From the NCBI GenBank assembly GCA_038496445.1, contig JALMLS010000590.1, positions 124,001-188,000 of the forward strand: DNA of 64,000 nucleotides. Direction: 5' to 3'. This stretch comes from Trichosphaerium sp. ATCC 40318 (Eukaryota; Protista; Tubulinea). The position numbers and the translations under genes were made by a program. Positions 52,607-64,000 of this stretch are shown here, in pieces (positions within the stretch are counted from its first letter, which is position 1; every line of letters starts with the position of its first letter). The notes below the pieces were generated by a model. It was not told the DNA's origin. It was given only the letters and a program-made list of their open reading frames with translations, and made no database searches.

Positions 52607-53624
52607 ATGTCGTCTTCAACTAACCACATAGTCAAGGTACTGGTTTTCTAACCTTAGTCTTGCTTAACGGAATTTTATAGATAAAAACATCGCAATCAGA
52701 TTGTTGTCACTTATTGAACATACCAGTGGAGCTACACCTTCGTATCATCGGTCTTGATATTAAACTTGGTATTCAATGGCCATTGCTTTCAAAACAAGCA
52801 GCTTTTAGCTCAAAGAGGTATGATAGTAAGCTAAGAAAACACGGGACATGGATACACACGCATACAACAAACAGGAATAAACACACACCTATAGCACGTG
52901 ACAATGTCAAAAAACGGATTGTTGTCAAGAAAGCTCTGTGGAAACATGGTAAACGTCACGGTAAATTCAAGGAATGGCACGTGACTAGTGGCAGAATGGC
53001 CAAACGGTATTTTTATGTAAATGATAAGTTGGACGGAGAGTATAACGAGTGGTTCGACAATGGACAAATACATAAACATTGCTACTATATCAATGGCAAG
53101 TTAGATGGGAAGTACAAGGAGTGGTATTCTAATGCAAAGACATACAAAGCGTGCTTTTACACCAACGGTAAGCTAAATGGAAAGTACAAAGAGTGCTACA
53201 AGAATGGGGTTGTGTCAAAAGAGTGTTGTTACTTAAAAGGTTGTTTGAACGGGAAGTACAAAGAGTCAACTGTATATGGTACTTTAAGCTTACTTTGCCA
53301 TTATGTTAACGGTGATTTACATGGAGAGTACAAGGAATGGAATAAGAAAGGTCTATGCTGGCTAGAGTGTAACTACTTTAAGGATAAAAAGAAGGAGAGC
53401 ACACAACTTGGCATTCGAATGGTAAAGTATGGGTGCATTGTCACTATGTCCAAGGTAAACTAGAAGGAGAGTACAAGATGTGGTATGATAATGGTAAACT
53501 ATCAGAAAGTGGTCAGTATGTTAGCGGTAGCCGAGAGGGAAAATTTAAAATGTGGAAGAGAAATGGTAGGTTGAAGAAGCGATGTATCTACAGCAATAAC
53601 AAAGAAAGTAAAAGTCAAATATAA
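52607..53624 (+). CDS. F-box-like + MORN-variant repeat protein 4 (frameshift at A5 53386-53390)
   Basis: LLNIPVELHLRI...WPLLSKQAAFSSKRYDSKLRKHG + 24-aa repeats YxNGKLDGEYKEWYxNG. ORFs 52714-53463 and 53433-53624 fuse with one extra A. Confidence 0.85.
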
Positions 53625-53942
53625 AAATGAGGACACACTTCTTTAACAACCCTTTATTATATGTACTTCACTATCACTTCAATATGCATATAAGTTTGTA
53701 AAAATCAACAAATGAATGTCTTGCATCAATATCTTGCTGTTTTCGAAGAACAACTTTATTCATACCAACACAAACACGAAGGTATGATCTTCGGATTGTA
53801 AAACCTACGTGTAAATAGCAGTTCGGATAACGCAACAATATAAGTCTTTTTTGAAGCACTTTTACGACCAGCTGAAAAGTCAATGATTTTCATAAGAAAA
53901 AAGCATAGATTCTACACAGCCTAAAGAACGCAACGCAACAGC

Positions 53943-54878
53943 ATGGTATGTTCGCATTTTCCTAAATAAACCGTCACAGCACCTTACGGCGTTATTTAGA
54001 CAACAATAAAACAGAATTACAGTCTATTAGACCTTCCTATAGAGCTACACCTTGATATTACGGATTTAGACTTTGAAACCTATAAAAAATGGCCGTTGCT
54101 AACAAAACACATGGCAACGATAACAAGGTTCGATAGCGACTTCAAAAAGCATGGAAAGTGGCTTAAACAATACAAAGAACAAGGAAGAATGTGTGAGCAA
54201 TGTGTCTTCGACCATGGTTCAAGAGAAGGTCAGTGTAAGAAGTGGCATGTCAATGGACAACTTGCTGGGGTATCAAATTATTCCAGAGGTAAGCTTGAAG
54301 GAGAGCACAAGAGATGGCATTCAAATGGTCGAAAGTCTATGTGTTGTCATTACGTCAATGGAAAGAAAGAAGGAGAGTACTTACGCTATATAAATGATGC
54401 AATGTATTGGCAGTGTAACTATGTCAAAGACAAACTTGAAGGAGAATACAGAGAGTGGTATAAACATGGAGATTTAAAAGAGATTTGTCATTACGCTAGT
54501 GGGATACTTGAAGGAGAGTACAAGAAATGGTATTATTATGGTAAGGTGAAAGAGTATTGTACATATGTCAATGGTAAGCTAGAGGGAGAGTTTAAGTATT
54601 GGCATTATAGTGGTCAATTGAATGAGCAGTGTTATTATGTCAACGGCAAACTGGAAGGAGTTTACAAGAGTTGGTTTATGAATGGCCAAGTGAGCGAGAT
54701 TAGTAACTATGTCAATGGCAAACGACATGGAGAGTATAAACTATGGTATCAAGATGGGCGACTATCAACAGAATGTGTATATGTTGATGGTATACGAGAC
54801 GGTGAGTTCAAGAGATACTCCTACGAAGGAGTATTGGTACTACAGGGTAAGTACATTAATGGTAAACAAGAAGACTGA
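53943..54878 (+). CDS. F-box-like + MORN-variant repeat protein 5
   Basis: ATG|intron|TTIKQNYSLLDLPIELHLDI...WPLLTKHMATITRFDSDFKKHG + ~10 repeats YVNGKLEGEYKxWYxNG. Confidence 0.85.
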
Positions 54879-55459
54879 GTAAATAAATTTTTCCTTTAAC
54901 CTGAACTCTGTTTGATTTACAAATTAGTTAGTTGTCACGTGATTACTCATGTGCAAAATATCATGTCTGTTACAAGCAGACAGGCATCTCTAGAGGGGAA
55001 ACATTACGATTTTCGCTTGAACTTACAATATCTTCAAAAGTTTCTCTGTAAACAACTGTTGCTACTAGGTAATATAAATTGAAAATGCTCAAAGCATAGT
55101 CACAAATTGTATGTGAACGTTAAAGTTTTAACAAATCCAAAGTCATTCGGCACCTATCACTAGTAATTCTGTAGGTTGTGTTTGCCAACCTAACTGATTA
55201 ACCTAAGCAATAGCTGAAAATTAATGGTGATGGAAGTCAGGAGAATAGGTTTATCACCCCAAAAAATGTTGTAATTGAGTGTCAATATTTTTTTACCTCA
55301 CAGGATTTGTTGCATTTGCGAGTCTGTCAATCAATACCTGTTTGTTTCCTTGCTTGTTAAGGTTCAATGTACTATAGTGTCTTGAAAAGAATGATTTTTT
55401 CTTGTTTTCTGCCATTTCTGGGGTCAGGTGAGCACATCCTTATAAAACGTTTGTAAAAA

Positions 55460-56060
55460 TCGTGACGCAAATCACTGAACCATTCTTTGGCCTTACTTTT
55501 TCTCTTCCATGTCTTATTGTCCCAATCAAGGCTTTCAGAGTGCTACCATATATCACAGTAATCGCATCGTATCATCGCTTTGTCTCTTACTTCTTTTCTA
55601 CTGTGTCGACAATCTTCAAAACAATGAAATTCTGGTTTTTTACCTATCTTTCTGTGATGTTCACTTAAAGAAGCTTTCTACCTTTTCTTCTCTGATACCG
55701 CTTTTACTTTCTTGGATAGGAGCTCACACACCTCCTGTGCTAATGCTAATTGTTGCCAATACCATGTCTGTTGCACTTCCACGACAAAAAAAACTTAAGT
55801 CTCACGAGATAGTCCACAGTTTTTTTTCAAAATCAGACAAACACGTGGAGTTGGAATCTGTTTTGGATCACCAGTATTCCAGCCACTATCCATAACTTTT
55901 ATTTTTACATGGCCAATTATGGTCGCAATGGGTTTTACATACATGCAAGAGCGGATTGAGAGGGTTTTGGGCTGTTTAAAAATTTTACTATCCATAATTT
56001 TTCAACTACTTCCGAATAAAGAGGTATTGCTAAATCTAAGCTGTTTTCTTTCCTTATTTA
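55460..56060 (-). pseudogene. Decayed PHD-finger-containing sequence (possible transposase relic)
   Basis: Minus-strand reading FHCFEDC..AMIRCDYCDIW*HSESL...EWFSDL is a PHD consensus with TAG at 55543-55545 and lost Cys ligands. Confidence 0.55.
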
Positions 56061-56481
56061 GAACAAGTAGTTTAACTTGTACCTTCACCGAATATCCTAC
56101 AAACACGTGTTTTTGTTTTAAGTAATTTATGGGAATACTTACTGCTTTGCCAACCCTTTGGTTTGATAAATAGTTTGGTATCAGGGATACTACGCTTTTA
56201 ACTTCCTTTTTTAGATTATGTATTTTAATGCCATTTTTGAGAAATATACAGGTAATTGAATGCGCACTGGTGCGGGTCCATAATCAAACAATTAAGTCTA
56301 ACCTTCAACATCCTGCTTCATCTCTACCTACTTATCCAATAAGTGTAGCTGGCAGTTTCTGTTGCAGTAAATATTAGAAAACTTTGTGTTATCATATATA
56401 CAAGGCGATTTATTACTACATTTAGAATCATTAATAACGTGTTTGACTTTTTACGTCAATTTCCTTTTACTGTTTATCACT

Positions 56482-57560
56482 ATGGAAACTACAAATAAGG
56501 TATCGCTTCGAGTTGAATGTACTGTAGGTACCAGTGAATGTTCAGGTACGCCAATAGATCTAATAGTGTTAAAACGTTATTATTTACAGTAAAACTAAGA
56601 TTGTGAACCTCTACAGTTGAATATAAATACAGATACAGTGTTATCAAGGATAATACGTAAAATACTACGGATATACCAAATTATAGGCCACCCAGATGAC
56701 TATGGCTTATATACGTGCGTACCTGGGTTACAAGGCAAACGTTGGCTTCAATCAGAGTGTCAATTGGGTGATTACGCTTACGGCTCTTCAGTACGTTCCA
56801 TTTTTGGTTCTCAAAACCAATTCTATTTTTAATGGTTATTTACACTCTCAAAGTTCTCTGTGTACTTTGGCAGATCACCCAAGAAACTGTATTTTGACAT
56901 CATAGGGATGGATCAATCTTATAACTACTTGCTATTGGATGATACAAGTACCATTGACGAGGTTATAAACGAAATAAGCACACGTGCAACAATATCTTGC
57001 CCTGAGAATTTCTACCTTATGGTACCTCCGTCTATTCATTTATCACGTTTCTGTTATCTCTATGATGATGATATATACCAAGAAGCCAATACAAAGTCGC
57101 TACCAGAAGAGGTATGATTATGTAAAAGACTTTCGTCGAAAAATAAAAGTTGCAATTTTATTAACAACTTTATGTTTAGACTTTAGAAGAGATTTTTGAA
57201 CACGTGGGTTGGTATTTATCTTTAAATTTGGTTTGTAAGACATGGAGACGTATAGCACTACCTGTTCTGATAAAGGCATGGGATGGGTTAAAAACGGACA
57301 GAGAAAGTACGCAACTTTGTTTTTTGAACAATTTCTGCAAAAAAAAACAAACCAAAAAACTGACACGTGTTATTTAGTGATTAGGGCAGACCGTAAATCG
57401 CGACTGATGGACCAATACCTATCTTACACATCTAAAGTAGAGTTAGTACTTGATAGCACTACGCATAGATATGGTACAGCATCAAAATGTTCAGTGGAAT
57501 ATACAATCAAGAACTCAAGTATATGGCGAGGTTATAAACAAACAACCCTTCAGTCTTAGT
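56482..57560 (+). CDS. Protein or fragment with talin-head F0/F1-like ubiquitin-fold tandem
   Basis: DDYGLY....GKRWLQ...LGDY (F0-like), then LLLDDTSTIDEVINEISTRATISCPENFYL (F1-like); 3' end unclear. Confidence 0.5.
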
Positions 57561-57987
57561 AAGCTATACACGTCAGAAGATTAACCGAGGACTCTTGTAC
57601 TTTGTAAGAGTTCATTGTACGCTTTCCTGTGCGTCTACAGCTTAATGAACTGCCCTTATATGTGACAGACGCATAGCTATCCAACATTAACGTGACTGGT
57701 TGTAACGGGTATACACATGAAGTGAATGAATCTGACTTGCATGACAATCTGTCTCCGTTCCGCTAAAACACCTGAAACTCAGAGAATGCACTTTATTTAT
57801 TTATAGGCTAGTAGCACGTGAATTTGAATGAAACAGTGTCGAACTTCTACAACAAACCCTTGGTTAATGTAAGCTCCAATACAACTTAATAGGTAGTTTT
57901 CCTTCGATAAGTCCAACGAAAAGTGAAAATCGCATTTGTCTTTAAACTCGAAGATGCGCACTCTACTTGGTACTATTTTCACAGCGA

Positions 57988-59422
57988 ATGGGTGTTAACG
58001 CGTAGAGTATAGTTTTGGTTTGCATTGTATGCTCAGTTGCTGCATTTACAGCTTGTGTTGGACATAGAGGACTACCTTCTAAATACCCTGAAAACACCCT
58101 CAGTTCCATGAAAGGAGCACTGGATGCAGGAGCGGATGCAATTGGTGCGTTATAGCATTTTTTTTACCAAAAACACTCCTATACAGCATATCAAGCGTCT
58201 ATCGAAGCGCGAGTGCTGTTTTTTGACAACTCTAGTACATTTTGTATTTTTTTGCGCCAAATTGTTTACAACGCTCTAGAAACCGACGTACACATGACAA
58301 AAGATGGCTACATCGTACTTTTACACGATTCGTACGTCTTGTGTACTGTTAATGTAACCTTACCGCTATTCTAGTTCAGTAAATCGCACAACAAACGGCA
58401 CTGGGCAAATAAACGAGCTCAACTACAAAGGTACGAAAAAGCAACAACAAAAAAAAAGTGTCAAAGTCTTTTAATGCTTAGGAAAGGTTATGTTGAGTAC
58501 CTTGACGCTGGTAACGGTCAGAAAGTCCCACTCTTGAAGTCTCTTTTGGATTTGCTGGTAACATAGTACGTGAAGCCAACTCCTAATGCATTAATACTCG
58601 TAATAACACAATGTGTAGCCCTGAAGGGACTTATGTTTTGCTCGACACAAAGCCGGATGATGCCAACACTATTGACATCATTAAAGCAATGGCTGAGTTG
58701 TTTCTAACATACAATGAAAGCGTTAACATAGATAAACGTGTATACCTTGCGCCTTGGTACAACACAGTATCCATGTTTCGGAGTTTATTTTGTGCTGAGT
58801 TTTTTTTTATTGACTTTTTTTTAGGAACGCTGAATGGATTAATTACGCATCACAAGTGGCACCTGATGTATCTAGGTACGCAATATTTACTTGGGGTTTT
58901 ATCACACACTTCTTTTAAAGCATCACGTGCTCGACACGTGCTACAACAGCGAAAATACTTTTCAAATCTCAACTCAAAATGAACCTTCTTTTTTTTTTTG
59001 GGTTTGTTTTTAATACTTCCGTAAAGACTGACAGTGTTCTTGTATTAGGTTTTTGATTTATCCAAATGTTCCTGAGAATCCACAAGATTTTAAGGTTTTA
59101 GGATTTAATGTAGAGTACGTCCTTTATTTGACAAGTATTCAAAAAAAATCAAGAAGTGAGCTTAACATCCTTTAAATAGTTTCAAGTCTCCCGACCTTGA
59201 AGAATTTATTAAATCTCGACAACAAAACGACCAAGCTGTATTTGCATGGACAATTGATACAGATGAAGACTTGAATAAAGCTTTTGAGATGGGTAAGTGA
59301 CAAAGCTTGTTGGAAGTTTACAAAATTGAGACTTTTGTGTAGACTTAAACGGTATTCTAACTAACCGTGTTGATCGTTGTTTGGAGATACAAAAGCAGCA
59401 AAAAAGAATAGACTTTAATTAA
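57988..59422 (+). CDS. Glycerophosphodiester phosphodiesterase (GDPD) family protein
   Basis: VGHRGLPSKYPENT, GADAIETDVHMTKDGYIVLLHD, RTTNGTG, LLDTK, VFAWTID, GILTN. Confidence 0.9.
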
Positions 59423-62400
59423 ATAATAAAAAAAAACCGTGCGCATGCACGTGATAAACCAGTATTTAATTACAAAGCAAAACATCAAGTTGTGAAGTTT
59501 ACTTTTTTTTACTACCTAAACCATCTAAGCTATCCTCTTTGCAAAGATATGTTGCTTAAATCCAAACGTGCACAAGTAGGAAGTGAAATTTCAAACTGAG
59601 CGTATGTTGAATAGCAAATGCATGGGCTTAATGAACAAGTATTGATGTCTTACTAACATATACCAACGCAGCCTCACCAAACAATGAAGTTCTATGGCGT
59701 TTCGTTGCAGCAAGTATTACATAGTCCTATTCTGCAATTGATGATTCTAACCTACTCTCTCTGTTATAAAATAGCTTAATGGGTGCAATTGGAGCACGTC
59801 CTTGACATTCTCATATCATGTGTGTTCAGTCTTAGAAATCACGTGAAAAAAAAAATCATGGCAACTATTTCGTCTCAACCCACATCAGTATGCTTTCTGT
59901 CTGCATTATTGGTATATGTCCTAACAGGATATGGTGAAAAATTGCCTATTCATTACATACCATTTTTGGAGCTATGCTGTATTACCAGGTAATAAACGGT
60001 TAGGTGCTTTAAGTCACTTTTTTTTTGTTTTAAGCTCGCTTTCAAAAAGCAGACCTAACACCCATGTGGCGTTGGGCTCTATAGAGTAAATTTAATGAGG
60101 TGTATACTGTGCAGTGTGTTATATCGCTTTTCCGATCACTCTTGACTATAACTTAACGAAAAGCCTAGAATCTGTTTCGACATAAAACAAGTAAAGCAAA
60201 GAGCAATTTCAATACGTCTACGTTTAACCTCCATTACTTGCTAAATAGCAGGGCTGTTTCAAATTTAAATACGCTGCATAGTAACCTATGTCTATCTCTT
60301 ATATGGCAGACAGTGTCAGTGATACTGTAGACGAACACCTAATACGTAATCATACTTTTTTTGTACGAACTAGAAAGAAACAACAATCACGTGACCTATG
60401 AACAATAAGCCACCAGGCATAGATATTCAGATTAAGTTCTACTTTACTAAACCATTACATCCTAACTTCGGCATACACTCACCTTGAATACAGCTCTAAT
60501 GTACTCGATGCCTATGGTGGATATATATACTATAATGGAGAGCAAGCGTTAGATGTACCACTGGCATCAAACGGAGAAAGCGCCGAGAGCGACTTTATTG
60601 CTTCTTCGATAACTTCTCTGCTTCCTTGTTGCACCACAACATTACAGGCAAGTGTTAGAGTTAGTTTGATTACAACACGCATTTCGGAAAAGTGCAACAG
60701 GGCATTAGTTACGCTCTTTATGGATCACACTGGCGACTGGGCTAGCAACTGACAAATGTCTTTGTTGGTAGTCTAGACGCAGAGTCTACACGAAAGACCG
60801 CACCTCATTCACCCGGAGACACACAAGGTAATCCATAGAGTATCAAATCATGTTTTAAAAGTTGTTCGACTATCCCATATTGCTCAACTTTTGAGTTTGC
60901 AAAAAATTTCATTTTTGTCTGAGTTACAGCCTCTAAAAAGTCTTCACTAGGCGATCAGTGTAACCACATTGCTTCTTGTGACAGTTACAGTTCTACGTTT
61001 ATGCCGGCGATACATGGATTCTCCTATAAAAAACCGCTTTGTAGAGAACGATCGCTGCCACGCCACTCTAGCACGTGACACTATTTCCGGCAGTTCCCAC
61101 TTTTGAACTGTTTTTTTTTTATCATATTTCTGAATTGGTAACTACTATTTTCATCTCACATGATCTTCAGGCCTGGTAAATGAAGTGAAGAGGTGTTACA
61201 CAAGTTCTACATTTTATGTGAGAGAACGACAAATTTTTGTTGGAAGCTACAAACCAATATCACTTAAAGTTCTCTGGGACATTCATTTCTGACCTCTAAC
61301 AATGTTAATTTTCAAATTAAATATAAATCTGTTCAGGACAACCGGTTTTCTCCGGAAGTTAGCCCTTCTATAGTTCTAAACCTATACCAACTGTGTATCA
61401 GTATTACAGGTCATAATTTTAGATTTTAGACTGACATTCCAAATATCACATGTGGCGGATTATAACACGTGCTTTTGTTCCATAGCGGATACCTCATAGG
61501 TACGCTTATTTCATACAATGTAGTTAAAAGTTTGGTTTCTCTCAAGACACCGAACAAAAAAAAAAAGAAAACAACTCACAATAAACAACAATTTAACAAG
61601 TTTTTTTTATTTCCGGCTTTATCATACAAGCCCGGCTTTTTACACTCTGTTTCCAAACTTGAAAAGGTGCCCTCGCATATCTACAAGGCCTTTACAACCT
61701 TGGGGTTCTACCGTAATGGCGCATGGTCATCAGTCGACAAAAAACATCCAAATGTCTTGACAATTTACAGCGATGTCATTGGAGCTACAAAGGCTCTAAT
61801 CTGCATCTACACAAATTCTCTAACGAGATTAGTGTTTAAATCACGAGAATATGTACGAAGGTACCTTTATAGGGTATTCCACACGTTGCTAGATGATTAC
61901 TCTTCGAAAGAAAGAGAATAGAAGGAAATGCCTTTGGTTTCAAAAGAATAAGCTTGAGCAGGGTAAAGATAGGTACGTACGAAGTATGGCGTAAAAGGAT
62001 TCGTATAGATACAAATTAGAGTACTTGTATCAATAATGGAGCTAACGCTTCTTGTTGTGTTGCGTTTCTGATGTGAGATTTTGACTATAAATAAAAATCA
62101 ATTCACATGTACGCTTTTAGCCACATTTTGATTCTTCTCTTTGTTGTGCATTCCGATCTTTTGTAAACTATCATCACATCATATACAAGGCAGTGCTAGT
62201 TATGGAGGTACTATAGGTATTGCTCTTCTTTCAATTGGAAATCTCTCGCGTGACCAATATTTCGTGAAATAGCACCAAAACTATGCTTTATTTCTAGCGT
62301 TTGGTAATACAAAACACTTCTGAAATAATTCGTCAAGGTCCTCACCCTTTGCTCCTCAGACCTCATGCTTCTTACCCGCAAGCCTGTAATATCTTATACA

Positions 62401-62967
62401 AGATAGGCAGAGTTCCTGTCTGGTATAAACCGCACTTGGCTCATACTCGCTCGGTGAGCTGTCGCTCCGACAGTACAAGACCTTGAGTTTCTCTTTCGTG
62501 GCAGCTTCTCTACATACACCAACCAAATTGTTAACTTGTTGTGAAAGTAACATCCCTAATGTCGGTCTTCGGCGTGTTGTACAATTACGTAATTAAAAAA
62601 TCAGCCTCTGTCTAGTATTTCGAAATATTATCGTCTGACATCATTCATGATTAGAGGTCTTATTTTTACTGTTGCAAACATCGACTTGTTATCGACTGTG
62701 ATTCAGCTAAATACTACACTAAACAGCGTTGGACAAAGGCAAACTGTAGCAAAAATCGACTCAACAACAAAATAGTATGTCTCAACTTTTTAGAACTTTG
62801 TTTTTTAAAGTGTATGAGGTATTAGTTTGGATGGAAAAAAAACGTCCCGTAGGTTTTACAATGACGCCAACTCCTATCATTTTACCACAACCATAACCGT
62901 CTACTAATTGGCGTAAGGGTTAAGTTGAAAATCCGTTTTGAGAGTTCTATTCGTGATTGCTGTGTAC

Positions 62968-63323
62968 TAACGCCCTTCCGTTATGAATGAATAATTTGAA
63001 TATTCAAATACAGCCTACATTCACAAATATTCACGACTAAAAAAATTCATTCATTATTCATGCACACAGTAAAAGGCCGAAAATTGTGCAATTTGATGGC
63101 TGATTTTGACTGGATTTGTGGGTTTTGGTGTTCTGTTGACTATTCCGATTCGGTTTTCAAATGCAACTTGTTGAATCTGTCCATTTGGAACATCGCTAGG
63201 TGCTACAAACCAAAATCTCCTCAACATCCTGACTCACCAAACGCCCATGAATGAATATTAATGAATATGGCTTACGGGGCAATGAATATGAATATTGCTT
63301 GTATTCATAACGGAAGGGCGTTA
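62968..63323. mobile_element. Non-autonomous DNA transposon (MITE), hAT-type, 356 bp
   Basis: Perfect 21-bp TIR TAACGCCCTTCCGTTATGAAT (62968-62988) / ATTCATAACGGAAGGGCGTTA (63303-63323); 8-bp TSD CTGTGTAC at 62960-62967 and 63324-63331; subterminal TGAAT/ATTCA repeats. Confidence 0.9.
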
Positions 63324-63459
63324 CTGTGTACAAATATGATTTTGCTTTCATGTCTTCATCTGCAATCTTACAGCCATGCAATAGCTTGTCGATACTATTG
63401 CACCCACTCAGCAATGAAATTAGCTGCATTATTCACATTACCCTCAGTAGATCATTCAC

Positions 63460-63860
63460 ATTGCATAGCCAGGTGTTCCTTAGAAATCAGTTACTGTACG
63501 AAGTATACAGATGAAGGACTCTAAGCACTGAACGGAATCCATACGACTAATCTTAACAGACGTTTTTGTATGACAGACGAAGGAATCAAAGCACTCAGAG
63601 GTGAATCCAAGAGCTTACAGGTGATCACAATTAACAGAGAAGGAACAAAAAGGTGTTCATACCATTGATATGAGTACATGCCATTAATCTTTCTCATACT
63701 CTAGTGACAGATGCTCGTACTTTATACCTTGATCACTATGATACTTATGAAGGGATAAAAGCACTTAACAGTGCTCATACTACATCCCTTGAGTTTTGTG
63801 ATGGAATAACAAGTGACGGGATCAAAGCCACCACAAAAATTGTTTATAAAATACATGAAT
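63460..63860 (+). pseudogene. Decayed LRR gene of the same GVHTI-repeat family as 14952-16351
   Basis: Fragments TDEGL*ALNGIHTTNL, MTDEGIKALRG, GVHTIDMS and EGIKALNSAHTTSLEFCDGITSDGIKA, broken by stops and frameshifts. Confidence 0.75.
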
Positions 63861-64000
63861 GAGAGCTACACAATTGGAGCAATCTGTTCTTAACAACCTA
63901 CAATAAAATTGAATTTCAACGTTTATTTTTAGTTTATGTACCAAATGGTCTCATTGATCTTTTTCTCGTACGTTTTCTTTTACATTTTCAAAATGTTCAT

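Noticed and set aside
14952-54878. Regularly spaced DNA repeats as a CRISPR-like array
   Set aside because: Periods are multiples of three and correspond to LRR and MORN protein repeats; there are no unique spacers or cas genes, and the context is eukaryotic.
55543-58005. Possible TAG stop-codon reassignment (in-frame TAGs in the PHD relic and GDPD start)
   Set aside because: Long exons such as the 500-aa MORN ORF and the conserved genes contain no in-frame TAG, and RBM19 ends plausibly at TAG.
59858-62553. Open frames at ~60430-60752, 61469-61921 and 62356-62553
   Set aside because: No recognisable motif or complete gene model; left unannotated.

Overview
AT-rich, gene-dense, intron-rich nuclear DNA from a microbial eukaryote. 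An amoebozoan origin is inferred from short GT-AG introns with a GTACG-type donor and from gene content. About 25 protein genes can be reconstructed by hand-splicing the ORF fragments. Recognisable genes are eIF4A, GST, a RIOK3-like kinase, ODC, a RhoGAP, a CRT-like transporter, RBM19/MRD1 and a GDPD. There is also a C2-ankyrin-calpain-III protein, a repeat protein with a PD-(D/E)XK nuclease-like domain, and about nine F-box-type genes: a duplicated pair flanking GST, an intronless F-box/LRR gene, five F-box-like/MORN-variant genes and a 5'-truncated candidate. The standout is 17598-20740, an apparent secreted polyprotein. A Reeler + Cys-rich module is followed by two hydrophobic segments, the second resembling an internal signal peptide whose cleavage would expose an N-terminal His of an LPMO-like (histidine-brace) domain. 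Other notable items are about 60 copies of the palindrome CACGTG, an intronic hairpin + tRNA-like element, a hAT-type MITE with perfect TIRs and an 8-bp TSD, and three homopolymer frameshifts that are probably assembly errors. Exon boundaries were read by eye and are approximate; no database searches were run.
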